NCBI GenBank assembly: GCA_951406725.2
Contig: OX597829.1
Span: 18,476,001 to 18,540,000, forward strand
Reading direction: 5' to 3'
DNA: 64,000 nt
From: Octopus vulgaris
Lineage: Eukaryota
Part shown: piece by piece, positions 1 to 12,584 of the stretch
How the letters are laid out: each line of letters opens with the position of its first letter
How positions within the stretch are numbered: the first letter of the stretch is position 1
Made by a program: the position numbers and the translations under genes
Notes under the pieces: generated by a model
Database searches by the model: none
Seen by the model: the letters and a program-made list of their open reading frames with translations, nothing else
Told to the model about the DNA's origin: nothing

Positions 1-440
1 CCTCAATAGCCTCACATGACAGTCTTCAAACCTTTGCAATTATTTCGTCGTTTCTGCTAGTCAATGATCTACCACAACATGGCTCACTCTCCACTGAGGT
101 ATGGTCATCTTTGAACCAGTTGTACTAATCCTTTATTTGTGTTTTTCCCATGCCTCATCTCCAAAGGCCTTCTGAATCTTCTCGATAGTCTGGGCTTGCG
201 TATCACCAAGTTTGCTCAATGCACTCGGTCTTCTTGATTCAAAAAGAAAAATTGCACAGCACACTCTTCACATCTGTACTCAACAAATCACTGCAGGCAA
301 ATGGCGCAACCTACTGAAACGAAAATTTCTGAGCATGTTCAAGAAGGACGCAACCACATAATACCCATGCAAATTTTACTAGAGTATTATTATTTTGTGC
401 AAAAAAAATCAAGGTCGGATACTTCTGACTACACCTCCTA
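1..440 (-). mobile_element. Mariner DNA transposon relic (left end plus N-terminal HTH of transposase, decayed)
   Basis: Minus strand translates, with a frameshift and a stop, as KLGDTQAQTIEKIQKAFGDEA/MGKTQIKD*YNWFKDDHTSVESEPCCGRSLTSRNDEIIAKV, typical of mariner N-terminal HTH; TIR-like end near 410-440. Confidence 0.8.
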
Positions 441-1100
441 CACCATTAATAGGCCAGTTACTGATGTAGTCATCCTAAAATAATAATTCTCATGGACATA
501 CTGTGTTAAAAAACTCAAAGTATTGAAAGGAGACGAGGTTGCCTTAGATGGTTATTTTAATTTAATACTGCCGCAATTGCATGCACAGAATTTTTATTCA
601 GCCAGGTGGCTGTTCACAACATCAGTGAATGTTAGTCATTGTTTCTTATATGAAAGGCAACAAATTCTCTTACAGGTATAGAAGCTGGCTGTGAGTACAC
701 ACCACTGATAAGACCTAAAAAGGCTGAAATGCATCTGGCATTCTTGCTGGTCACTGCTGATGTGACATTTGACAGTACCACATGTCACTAGCTGAGTAAA
801 ACAGTGATATGATGTATACATTTCTTGTTGATATTATGACTTGGATGCACTGTTCTTTTGAAAGCCTATGAAAAAAAAACTTGAATATCTGGTTGGTGGC
901 AAGAAGAGTATCAGCTCATAAAATTTTGCCTCAAATAGGTTCCCATCACATTAATATGGAAAGAAGGGGCACTAAACAAACAATATATATATATATACTT
1001 TTTTTATTTATTATAATCAAAGGAAACAAATTTTATTTCACAAACAATCGATATTTTCTGTTTGGTTGATATTCATGAAGAATCAAAATTTTTAACTAAC

Positions 1101-1282
1101 AGTATATATTAGTTCCTTGACAAGTTTTGGAAGGTTGCTTCCGTTTTCCATCAACACTTCAAATTTGTCTTCATTGATGATAAACTTTTGATCCATAGCA
1201 ACAGGAACAACATCTTTGCAGCCTTTCCATGTTCTGGTTCCAATGTCTGGATTGATGAACTCCCAAAGTTTTACTGAATTGT
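1101..1282 (-). CDS. Internal coding exon (182 nt, phase 1 to 0) of an unidentified gene
   Basis: Polypyrimidine tract plus ctgcAG acceptor (AG = 1284-1283); donor GTTAGT at 1100; open frame (D)NSVKLWEFINPDIGTRTWKGCKDVVPVAMDQKFIINEDKFEVLMENGSNLPKLVKELIYT; phase matches the 2621-2495 exon. Confidence 0.85.
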
Positions 1283-1369
1283 CTGCAGAAGAAAGAAAAA
1301 AAAACAAATACATACACAAGCATTTTATTAAAGAATAATTGTAATTAACAAAAAATTTCTAGAGTCTAG

Positions 1370-1545
1370 CATTGCTTGACAACCGATGCTGGTGTGTTTA
1401 CGTCCCCGTCACTTAGCAGTTCGGCAAAAGAGACCGATAGAATAAGTATTGGGCTTACAAAGAATAAGTCCCGGGGTCGATTTGCTTGACTAAAGGTGGT
1501 GCTCCAGCATAGCCGCAGTCAAATGACTGAAACAAGTAGAAGAGA
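1370..1545 (+). mobile_element. SINE family A, 3' half
   Basis: Matches 3' half of full copies (gcttgacaaccgatgctggtgtgtttacgtcccc...gtcaaatgactgaaacaagta). Confidence 0.85.
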
Positions 1546-1710
1546 AAAAAGAGAATTACATTTGACAGGGTAACCTGAATGGCAAAGAGTTGATTATAAA
1601 AATAAAATATCCTTTTTTTAAATATTGGATGACCAATGAGGATCCATCTCATAAAATAAAATATCAAAGAGGGTCCTTAGGCAAAAAATGGTTAAGAAGC
1701 ACTGGCATTT

Positions 1711-1940
1711 GGCGGTGAGCTGGCAGAAACGTTAGCACGCCAGGCGAAATGCGTAGCTGTATTTCGTCTGTCATTATGTTGTGAGTTCAAATTCCGCCGA
1801 GGTTGACTTTGCCTTTCATCTTTTCGGTGTCGATAAATTAAGTACCAGTTACGCACTGGGGTCAATGTAATCGACTTAATACCTATGTCTGTCCTTGTTT
1901 GTTCCCTCTATGTTTAGCCCCTTGTGGGTAATAAAGAAAT
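1711..1940 (+). mobile_element. SINE family B (tRNA-like head, central ctttgcctttcatcctttcggggtcgataaattaagtacc domain)
   Basis: Closely similar copies at 10542-10772, 16022-16228, 18045-18280, 30300-30532, 54789-55015, 63110-63338. Confidence 0.85.
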
Positions 1941-2256
1941 AGGTATAGGTGGTTATATCGGTCACAGTAATTGATAATTGACAATTAATCAATTTATCTC
2001 ATTAATTCCAGAAGGATGGAAAGCAGAGATGATCTCCAACAATCTCCATGACCGAGGTGACTGGAGATAATTAATGACAACAATAATGATTAAATAATAT
2101 CACTAAAATAGTTTTAATTATCTCTATTTGTATGGATATAATCAGACAACCACCAGTGACAGAATTTTAACCCATGATTGCCTTTAATAAATAGTTCAGT
2201 GTCTCTACCCACAAACCTACTGTAACTGTCACTTTACAATATCGATGTATATTCAA

Positions 2257-2470
2257 GGCAGCAAGATGGCAGAACCATTAGCACGCCGGGAAAAAATCTT
2301 AGTGGCATTTCATTCATCTTTATGTTCAGAATTCAAATTCTGCTGAGGCTGACTTACTTTTCATCCCTTTGGGATTGATAAAATAAGTACCATTTGAACA
2401 TTGGGGAGGTCAAGGTAATCAACTTACCCCCCTCCCCCAAACTTGCTGACTTTGTACCAAAATTTGCGAC
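2257..2470 (+). mobile_element. SINE family B, diverged copy
   Basis: Same head and central domain as 1711-1940; ends about 25 nt from the splice donor at 2494. Confidence 0.7.
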
Positions 2471-2494
2471 CAATGTAAATATATTGCAAATTAC

Positions 2495-2621
2495 CATTTA
2501 ATCCAAATTCTTTGCAGATTCCATCAATCAGGTCCTTTGCTTTATAGCCTTTCTTTATGGGCAGATCAAACTCAAGGGCTGATTTCATGGGTTGGTTATT
2601 TATCATACGGATGGAGGGTTC
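2495..2621 (-). CDS. Internal coding exon (127 nt, phase 0 to 1) of the same unidentified gene; ubiquitin-like/RA-type beta-grasp pattern
   Basis: Acceptor (t)n-gccttcttAG (AG = 2623-2622); donor G|GTAATT at 2494; open frame EPSIRMINNQPMKSALEFDLPIKKGYKAKDLIDGICKEFGLN+G, completing codon GAC with the next exon. Confidence 0.85.
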
Positions 2622-2861
2622 CTAAGAAGGCAAAAAAAAAAAAACAACAACAATAATAATAACAAAAATAATAATGACTAACGAAAAGTTTAGGAAAAAT
2701 AAATAAGTAAATGAGTAGATACCGGTAAGTGTGTTAAATAATAAGGCACTAAAAGAGAATGACTCTCCCCAGACACAACAGAATATGCTTCAATACAAGA
2801 AATCACATAAAGAATCTTGCAAACCAAATCCAAAAATGAAATAATAATAATAATAATAATA

Positions 2862-3292
2862 ATAGTCAGAGATCATGAAGGAAAAAAATGCTTTCTAATT
2901 GATGTATCAATACCGGCAGATGACAACGTGTCTCTAAAAGAAATGGAGAAACTCTCAAAATACAAAGACCTGGAAATAGAGGTAACTAGAATGTGGAATC
3001 TGAAAACAAACAATTCCTATAATAGTAGGTGCATTAGGCATGATAAAAAAATATTCAGACAAATACATAATAAAAACACCAGGACTTACAAACACATATA
3101 ACATACAGAAAATTGCACTACTAGGCACTGCACACATCCTACGCAGAACACTTTCCATACAATAACCATCAGAGCATCACAACAAATCACAGCACATACC
3201 CAAAGGCACACAGAGCGGCGCTCGGTAGTGAAGTGAAAGCACGCTATAAAAATAAAACTACTGAATAATAATAATAATAATAATGATAATAA
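2862..3292 (+). mobile_element. 5'-truncated R4/Dong-clade non-LTR retrotransposon (restriction-like endonuclease C-terminus plus 3' UTR)
   Basis: IVRDHEGKKCFLIDVSIPADDNVSLKEMEKLSKYKDLEIEVTRMWNLKT / TIPIIVGALGMIKKYSDKY...IQKIALLGTAHILRRTLSIQ* (one frameshift); (AAT)n on both sides, the known Dong target. Confidence 0.85.
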
Positions 3293-3531
3293 TTACACAA
3301 ACGGTTTAGCATTCAAGTCATGACAACAGACAGTATATTATTTAGCTAGGAGACCTTAAGAGTCAACAAAGTCATACAAATATTTATATGTAATGTATGT
3401 ATGCATGCAAGCAAGCATGCATGTATGTATATTTGTCATAAGTGTATATTCTATAAGTACGTGAATTACATATGTGACCATGTCCATGTTCCAAACAACT
3501 GAAGGTTTTTTATTCAGAAAGATGTGAGATA

Positions 3532-3921
3532 GGCACAGGAGTGGCTGTGTGGTAAGTAGCTTTGCTTACCAACCACATGGTTCCGAGTTCAGTCCCACTG
3601 TGTGGCTACTTGGGCAAGTGTCTTCTACTATAGCCTCGGGTCGACCAAAGCCTTGTGAGTGGATTTGGTAGATGGAAACTGAAAGAAGCCTGTCATATAT
3701 ATATGTATGTATGTATGTGTTTGTCCCCCCCCCCAACATCACTTGACAATTGATGCTGGTGTGTTTACGTCTCTGTAACTTAGCAGTTCAGCAAAAAGAG
3801 ACCAATAGAATAAGTACCAGGCTTACAAAGAATAAGTCCTGGGGTCGATTTGCTCGACTAAAGGCAGTGCTCCAGCATGGCCACAGTCAAATGACTGAAA
3901 CAAGTAAAAGAGTAAAAAGAG
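3532..3921 (+). mobile_element. SINE family A, full length (tRNA-derived head, internal TA/CA microsatellite)
   Basis: Head ggcacaggagtggctgtgtggtaagtagc...gagttcagtcccactg with Pol III A/B-box-like motifs; many copies in window. Confidence 0.9.
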
Positions 3922-4010
3922 TCTCAAACATGACATTCATCGACGAAACGCAGATTCATATATTAAACTGCATTCCACAGTTAAAGGCAATTAAGCTTCA
4001 ATTAGGTATT

Positions 4011-4411
4011 TACTCTTTACTCTTTTACTTGTTTCAGTCATTTGACTGCGGCCATGCTGGAGCACCGCCTTTAATCGAGCAACTCGACCCCGGGACTTAT
4101 TCTTTTTGTAAGCCCAGTACTTATTCTATCGGTCTCTTTTGCCGAACCGCTAAGTAACGGGGACATAAACACACCAGCATCAGTTGTCAAGCAATGCTAG
4201 GGGGACAAACACAGACACACAAACAAACACACATACACATATATATATATATACATATATACGACAGGCTTCTTTCAGTTTCCGTCTACCAAATCCACTC
4301 ACAAGGCATTGGTCGGCCCGGGGCTATAGTAGAAGACACTTGCCCAAGATGCCACGCAGTAGGACTGAACCCGGAACCATGTGGTTGGTAAACAAGCTAC
4401 TTACCACACAG
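4011..4411 (-). mobile_element. SINE family A, near full length
   Basis: Reverse complement of 3532-3921. Confidence 0.9.
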
Positions 4412-4573
4412 GTATATCTGATTTCTGCAACAAAAGGGTTAAATGGAAGTATCAATTAGCACACCAATAAAGTGAAGAATATAAATGAAAAAAGTGAAAA
4501 GTAACCAAAGAGATAAAGTAAATCTAATTTTAAGAAGGGAACTCAATAGAGGATAGAGGATGTAGTTGTGTTA

Positions 4574-4734
4574 TGGCTGTGTGGTAAGTAGCTTGCTTAC
4601 CAACCACATGGTTCTGGGTTCAATCCCACCGCGTGGCACCTTGGGCAAGTGTCTTCTACTATAGCCTCCGGCCGACCACAGCCTTGTGAATAGATTCGGT
4701 AGACGGAAACTGAAAGAAGCCCGTTGTGTGTGTG

Positions 4735-4779
<45 letters not shown>

Positions 4780-5195
4780 GTGTGTATATGCTTGTGTGTG
4801 TTTGTCCCCCCACAACATCGCTTGACAACCGATGCTGGTGTGTTTACGTCCCCATAACTTAGCGGTTCGGCAAAAGAAACTGATAGAATAAGTACTAGGC
4901 TTACAAGGAATATGTCCCGGGGTCGATTTGCTCGACTAAAGGCAGTGCTCCAGCATAACCACAGTCAAATGACTGAAACAAGTAAAAGAGTAAAAAGAGA
5001 GTATCCTCTACAACAATTGGTGCTGGTGTGTTTACATCCCTGTAACTTAGCAGTTTGGCAAAAGAGAACTATAGAATAAGTTTCAAGCTAAAAAAGAAAA
5101 AGAGTACTAGGTCAATTCATTCAACTAAAATTTCTTTAAGGCAGTGCCCCAACATGGCCACAGTCAAATGACTGAAACAAATAAAAGATAAAAGA
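4574..5195 (+). mobile_element. SINE family A full copy followed by a second 3'-half copy
   Basis: Full copy 4574-5002 and diverged tail copy about 5016-5195. Confidence 0.85.
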
Positions 5196-5892
5196 TCAAT
5201 ATAGATAATAAATGGATCGATCATCTCTGCTAGAAGACATCCTATGTAGGGCCAATGAGAGAGACACTTAAAAAATATTGGCTACACTAGCTTTTTTGGC
5301 AATCCACATAATATGGCTTCTGAGATTAATTAAGGAATTATTTATGCCTCATAATTATTTTGTTTCTTAATTTTGTACGAAATCAGATCATAAAATGATT
5401 TGCTACTGTTAATGATATAAACTAGTTCTACCTGTTTCATGATCAATCTATCAACAGCCAAAACCAGCAATGCTACTTCTATGGTCTTACCCTACAAGGG
5501 AGGATGAACTCAACAAGGAACTAACGGTCACTCCTCAAGCCTACAAATGAAGCAGAGCTCCCATTGAAATACTCAAGCTTTAATATATCATTGACATTTT
5601 TGACCTCTGCAGCCAGTTGTCTCTCTCTCGCTCTCTCTGATACATAATCCTTGTGTTTCTCTGACCCAGGAAGACACAAGTGAGAGAAGCCCATTGATAA
5701 GTGTAAGGACCACTTGAAGTAACTTAACTCAGTCCTGGTTTGGATTATCATCATCTTATCTTTCACATGACAGACACCAGTCCTGCTTCAGCTTATCGTC
5801 GTATTTATCTTTCACATGACTGCCATGTAACATTACTTTTGGCATTTAAAACTGATCATCTATATTTTGAATTTAAGACCACTGACAGCAAC

Positions 5893-6262
5893 TATAATAT
5901 CTCTGGCAGATCCTCCATCTGAAGTGGTTCGACAGAGTGCCGAGCACCAACCTGTGGGAAAGGGCTAACCAGGAGCCCATACATGTTCAGATTAGACAAA
6001 GGAAATGGAGATGGATCAGACACACACTGCAGAAAGAACCCTCAAATGTGACATGACAAGCACTTGACTGGAACCCGCAGGGGAAAAGGAAGCAAGGACG
6101 CCCAAAGCAGAAATTGAAGCGGAGCATTTTGGACGAGCTCAGGACCACCGGCCTGACATAGGAAGCAGCCAAGAAACACGCCAATGACCGCAAAAAGTGG
6201 AAAACAACTGTTGAGGCCCTATGCTCCACAAGGGGCAAAAAGAATTAAGAAGAAGAAGAAGA
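5893..6262 (+). mobile_element. RTE-clade LINE 3' end
   Basis: YLWQILHLKWFDRVPSTNLWERANQEPIHVQIRQRKWRWIRHTLQKEPSNVT*QALDWNPQGKRKQGRPK...DRKKWKTTVEALCS followed by (GAA)n tail. Confidence 0.85.
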
Positions 6263-6894
6263 AAAAGGTGTAGGCAAAGCTGTGAGCTGTGTGATTAAGA
6301 AGTTTGCTTCTCAACCACACGGTTCTGGGTTCAGTCCCACTGTGTAGCACCTTGGGAAAGTGTTTTCTACTATAGCCTCGGGCTGACCAAAGCCTTGTAA
6401 AGTGGATTTGTTAGACAGAAACTGAAAGAAGCTGAGTATCTGTGCATGTGCATGCATGCTTGTGTGTGTATGTATTATTGTGTGTCCACATAGTTGTTAC
6501 AACTAAATGTCATTCATTTTCCAATATTCTGCAAGAACTTGCCTGGCGGCCATGGAGTAAGTGTTACCTTGCTTGGAAACAGGTAAGGGTTGGCAACATG
6601 AAAGAAAGAAATCTACCTCAATAAACTCTGTCCCACCCATGCAACCATGGAAGCATGGAAAAGTGGACATGAAAATGATTATGATGATGATGGCAATGAC
6701 GATGACATGACCGATTCTGAAACCCTCACCACCAACCCCACCCTATCTGAGATTATCTTAAGAAATAAAATACATATTCTAATTGACTCTTTTCCCAGAA
6801 AAATATTACAATACATACTTCCTTGTTACAATATCAGGAATCCTTATCACTGTTCTGGTTTCTCCTCATAAGCAGGATATTATTCTTACCATCA

Positions 6895-6917
6895 TCATCA
6901 TCATCATTACCACCACA

Positions 6918-6968
<51 letters not shown>
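6895..6968. repeat. (ATC)n/(ACT)n trinucleotide microsatellite
   Basis: Directly visible; source of spurious poly-T/poly-L ORFs. Confidence 0.95.
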
Positions 6969-6969
<1 letters not shown>

Positions 6970-7409
6970 TTATTATTTTTATTATCATCAGTGTTATCAT
7001 CAAGATCATTAATATTTTTGTTGAACAGTACAGAATCAAAATTATTTACTAAAACATGAACATAAGAAATACTCTACCAACATTCCTCAACTCATCCCAG
7101 TCTACTTAGCACACACTAAGCACCAATCCTACACCCATTCCTCACAGTTAAGTGATTGGCGAAGAAGAAGAGCATACAGCTGCAAAATACACATATTTCC
7201 AACGAAATATACACTTATCAAAATTTACATGAAGCTGACTGAGTTGGTGTTATTCAAATTTCAAAAACATCTAAACCATCCCATCCATTGTTTTGCTCAA
7301 GTAACAGAGGATACAACGTATTACAAGCACAAATGGGGTCGTGTTTCTTTCTCTCTCTCTTTTTCCCTCTCCCTTTTCGCATAAATCAAATGGAAATTGC
7401 AGTTAAGAT

Positions 7410-7733
7410 AGCCGTGCCGGTGACACATTAAAAGCACAGTCCAAACGTGGCAGATGCCAGCGTCGCCTGACTGGCGTCCGTGTTGGTGACAAGTAAAAAG
7501 CACCAACTGATCGTGGCCGTTTGCCAGCCTCCTCTGGACCCTGTGCCGGTGGCACGTAAAAAGCACCCACTACACTCACGGAGTGGTTGGCGTTAGGAAG
7601 GGCATCCAGCTGTAGAAACTCTGCCAGATCAGACTGGAGCCTGGTGCAGCCTCCTGGCTTCCCAGACCCTGGTCGAACCGTCCAATCCATGCTAGCATGG
7701 AAAACTGACGCTAAATGATGATGATGATGATGA
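7410..7733 (+). mobile_element. SINE/short retroposon family C with (GAT)n tail
   Basis: ggtggcacgtaaaaagcacc internal repeats, ggagtggttggcgttaggaagggcatccagctgtagaaac core, gatgatgat tail; many copies. Confidence 0.85.
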
Positions 7734-8830
7734 CAATGTAAACAAAATAAACTAAAAAATCAATTAAGATACTTATTATTACAGCAAACGTCTGCAGAGG
7801 CATCCAATATTTGGACGCAATGTCAAAAGTTGTACCCTGAGGTTATTGAGTGTTTCAGGTCTCGCAACAATATACCCTCATCTAAATGACCCAATCTAGA
7901 TTAATGAAGCCCTAAGCATGCTGTGTCTGAGTGGCTTTCTACTAATTCCACATAGCAGATCACTTCTTTTAAGCCAGAGCCATTTAGATGTATCAGCAGC
8001 AGCAGCAGCCGTTCAAGAATTTGGACCTGGATATCTCCATTTCCAGCGACTTCGAGGGTCACCTCCCAGTGGTGTCAGGCATCAACGAAGAGCCCTCAAC
8101 TACAACAAGACGACCAAATTTTTTTTTCCCAAGGTCTGGGGTCTCCCGCCCCTAAGCTCTAGACCATCACCTAATCACCCTTACCCGTCTTGTTGCTTAA
8201 CAACAACAACAACAACAGCATCAGTAGCATCTATGTTGCTATTGAATGGCTCTTCTTCTTCATTCTTGTAATGTTCAAGGTTCCACAGGCCTTACATTTC
8301 ATTGACATAAAAGATCTATCATCATCTGATCAAGCTTAGTCAAACATTTTTAACCCATGCATACCATCTACCAAAGTCCGGCATTAGTCTTTGGGAAGGC
8401 ATATAGTGTCTCTGATGAGCAAAAATGAGTAACGCTGCGATGGACTGGCGTCCCGTCCAGCTGGGGAACACATACGCCACAAAAACCGGGAAAGCGGGCC
8501 CATGAACCTGGTTAGGCTTTAAAAAGGGAGCATTTATTATATGTGCATGTCGAAACATGCAACTATATGCATGAGAATACATAGATAAAACAAAACATAC
8601 AAATCTGCACATTAACTTACTCCAAATACTGCACATATACACACACATACATGCACAAATGCCTTGTTAATTGTTGTTGAAATTCCAATGAAGGAGCCTT
8701 GGATCTAGGTTAGAAACCGACTCTTTCTCTATTGGCAAGAAATCTTGAAATAAAACTAAATAATGACACACACACATACGTATATACTTACATACAAGCA
8801 TAAATTCATAGACACATGCAAACATACTTC

Positions 8831-9040
8831 CATCATCATCATCATCATCATCATTTAGCGTCCGTTTTCCATGCTAGCATGGGTTGGACGGTGCAACTGG
8901 GGTCTGAGAAGCCAGAGGCTGCACCAGGCCCAGTCAGATCTGGCAGTGTTTCTACGGCTGGATGCCCTTCCTAACGCCAACCACTCCGTGAGTGTAGTGA
9001 GTGCTTTTTACGTGCCACCGGCACAGGTGCCAGGCGAGGC
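8831..9040 (-). mobile_element. Family C, 5'-truncated
   Basis: (CAT)n then reverse complement of family C core. Confidence 0.85.
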
Positions 9041-9987
9041 TAAAGACTATAATTCAGACAATGTTGTAATTTAGTCATCCAAAGTCTGTTAATATTTTGG
9101 AATAAAATTCCTTCTTCAGATATTCTTAGATGGAGTCGCTGCTATAGTCAGTTTTTAGAAAACCGATTATGGATGGTTAAATTACAACAGGTATATAGTC
9201 TATTTTTTGTATCTGATTGTGGCAGTTGCCAGCCTCGCCTGGTCTCTGTGCGGTGGCACTTAAAGAGCATGATGATCTTTTCTACTGAAAATACAAGGCC
9301 TGAAGTTTGTGGGGAGGGGACTACTCGATTACATATATACATTGAAACATACAAATGTATACACACACACACACACAGATACATATTTGGTAAGAACTTC
9401 TCCTTGTTTCATAACAGAATTGTCAATGTTGAAATTTTCATGGTAACGGACTTTCGATGAGAGTCTTTTGTCTTGAAGACATAGCTTGACATTTTAAATG
9501 AAAAATAATTCTGTTTAAATAAACAATATACTCTTTATTGTGTATTGAGTACGCTCTTATTTCGGTGATAAACAGCAACATTTGAAGATATATGTGTTGT
9601 GTGTATGAGTGAGTGTGTGTGTGTGTGTGTGTGTGTACATACAACTACATCTATGCATAGATATATACATATACGAACATTTGTATATATATCTAATATA
9701 TGTATGTGTGTGCACGCGTACACATATGTGTGCGTTGATATGCATATATATGTGTGTATGTGCATGTATACATATATATTTTTTATATATGTACATGTGT
9801 ATACATGTATGTGTATGCTGTGTGCATGCGTATATATAGAGAATCATAGACATAAAGATATATACATATACGTATGTATATATACATTGATATGTATACA
9901 TATATACATATGGATATCATATATGCATATACATATAAATATACATATAAATAAATATATATATATACATATATACATACATATATA

Positions 9988-10192
9988 ACGGGAAGCTTTA
10001 TGAAAATAAACAAAAGACGAAGGCAAGTGGAATACAAACAAACAATTGTATTAGTATGGCGCTCAGGAATATAAATAAAACAAGTCTTTTATGTTTCGAG
10101 CCTACGCTCTTCAACAGAAAGATACATAGAAAAGAAACACAGAAAGAAACAAGGAGAGAAAAAAAAATGCGTGCAGAGGCTAGCAAATCAAC
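9988..10192 (-). mobile_element. Penelope-like short repeat carrying a minimal hammerhead-like motif
   Basis: Embedded in (TA)n; minus strand 10122-10085 tcttt CTGTTGA a gagc-gtag-gctc GAAA ca ta aaaga; same family as 39725-39978. Confidence 0.6.
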
Positions 10193-10440
10193 ATATATAT
10201 CTATATCTATATATATATATATACGTACATATATATACATATATAGCATAGCTCGACTACGGCTATGCTATAGCATCCATAGCAGTAAGTAATGTTGTGG
10301 ACACTGCTATAAAGACCTATACAAAAGCAAGACGTGCGTATTGTCTTCATAACCAGCATATAAATTCAAACAGAAAGTATTGTAAAAACCACAAGTATTT
10401 GAGCAAAAGGACTTATTACAGGAGGTTTCTCTACACAAAT

Positions 10441-11171
10441 AGACATGGCTGTGTGGTAAGAAGCTTGCTCCCTAACCACATGATTCCAGGTTCAGTCCCA
10501 CTGTAGGGCACCTTGGGCAAGTGTCTTCTACTATAACCTTATTTCTTTATTGCCTACAGGGGGCTAAACATAGAGGGGACAAACAAGGATAGACAAAGGG
10601 ATTGAGTCGATTACATCAACCCCAGTGCGCAACTGGTACTTAATTTATCGACCCCGAAAGGATGAAAGGCAAAGTCGACCTCGGCGGAATTTGAACTCAG
10701 AATGTAGCGGCAGACAAAATGCCGCTAAGCATTTCGCCCGGCATGCTAACATTTCTGCCAGTTCGCCGCCTTTACTATAACCTTAGATTTGGTAGACAGA
10801 AACTGAAAGAAGCTCATTGTGTGTGTATATTGTTGGTTCACGTGGCTCAGTGGTTGGAGCGTCGAGCTTACGATCGTGAGGTTGTGAGCTCGAATCCAGG
10901 ACCGGGCTGCGTGTTGTGTTCTTGAGCAAGACACTTTATTTCACGTTGCTCCAGTTCACTCAGCTGTAGAAATGAGTTGCGACGTCACAGGTGCCAAGCT
11001 GTATCAGCCTTTGCCTTTCCCTTGGACAACATCGGTGACTTGGAGAGGGGAGGCCGGTATGCATGGGCGACTGCTGGTCTTCCATGAAACAACCTTGCCC
11101 AGACTTGTGCCTCAGAGAGTAACTCTCTTGGTGCAAACCCATGGTCAGTGTCTGATCGAAGGGGGTCACTC

Positions 11172-11214
<43 letters not shown>

Positions 11215-11412
11215 TGTGTGTGTATATGTTTGTGTGTCTGTGTTTGTCCCCCCAACATCACTTGACAACCAATGCTGGTGTGTTTACATCCCTGTGACTT
11301 AGCAGTTCGGCAAAAGAGACCGATAGAATAAGTTCTGGGGTCGATTTGCTTGATCGACTAAAGGCGGTGCTCCAGCATGGCCACAGTCAAATGATCGAAA
11401 CAAGTAAAAGAG
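10441..11412 (+). mobile_element. Nested SINE cluster: family A host interrupted by family B (10542-10772, minus) and family D (10836-11168, plus)
   Basis: A head 10441-10541; 13-bp TSD tactataacctta at 10529-10541 and 10773-10785; A resumes, is broken again by tRNA-headed family D, then the A 3' half at 11230-11412. Confidence 0.85.
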
Positions 11413-12584
11413 TAAAACATTTTGTGTATTCTTGTATTGTTTTACTTGTTTCGGTAATTTGACTGAGGCCATGCAAAGGATTTTAGTTGAAGAATTCAAC
11501 TACAGGTCTTATTCTTTGTAAGCCTAGTACTTATTTTATCCGTCTCTTTTGCCAAACTGCTAAGCTACAGGGACGTAAACACACCAACATCAGTTGTCAA
11601 CTAATGGTGGGGGGAAGGCACACACACACAGGACAAACACAGAAGTACAACCAATTTATTGCAGGTAAATTTTAACAGCAAAATTTCATATGTATTGCCA
11701 ACGGGCATATGAACCGAGGTTGAGGACCGACAACTGATCTAATGTGTTATATTTAAAATTGTATAATGTAATTTGAGGGAGACTGGGTCACTATTTCAAA
11801 AAGGTTGAGTGGCCATGCCCAGAGAGAAAGAGAGAGAGAGAAGGAGTCCTTCTTTGGTTTGAATATGTGCAGAGTATAAGGTCATCTGCTGCCAGGTGAA
11901 TGAAGAAGTAATAAATACAGGCAGAATATCAGCAGTTAATGAAAAATGAGAGAAAGCTATTGATTCTGCAGATAGGAAAGCATTATTGATTAGATTTCAC
12001 CGAGTGTTTGCCTAATTAACTCAGAAAATAAGATTACTAACACCCGAACAGCAATGGAAACCTACAGAGTTCAACAACTACATTTTTGGTTTTTTTTTTT
12101 TTTTGCTTTTTTTTTTCCGTCCCCCACCCCATGTTGAATTTCTTCTCAGTCATTTTTCGTTTCCGTCTGCTTTTCTCAGTGAGATGAGAGCGACACCAGA
12201 GATGAATGATTTTATTGGTTAACAAACGTTAAAACTCCCAGAGTTATTGGTTATTGATGAAGGAAATATAATGTTATGTGCAATAAACTAGTGTTACTGC
12301 AATATAAGCTACGACGACTACACTCTTCAAGCCAGCACAATTCTTACACAACATTAATATTATTATTACTATCATCATGATCATTATTATTATCATCATC
12401 ATCATTATTATTATTATTAATAATAATAATAAAAGTGAGATTGTAATAGAAAATTATCACATTCATGTCTTTTTTCTAGGCTATTAGAATTGCATTAATT
12501 AGTATTGCTTCAGCATTGTAATAATTATTTCTAAAAGAAGCATGAATTATGCAATATTAAAAAAAAAAAGCAATTTTCTCTATG

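Noticed and set aside
1101-1319. WD40 repeat suggested by SADNSVKLWE
   Set aside because: The SA residues come from intronic acceptor sequence; the spliced context is GLNDNSVKLWE
5521-5766. Minus-strand ORF as another exon
   Set aside because: No polypyrimidine acceptor, no convincing donor, no recognisable homology
10836-10910. Functional tRNA genes at SINE heads (also 12585, 35090, 3532)
   Set aside because: No intact acceptor stem, and each continues into SINE body sequence
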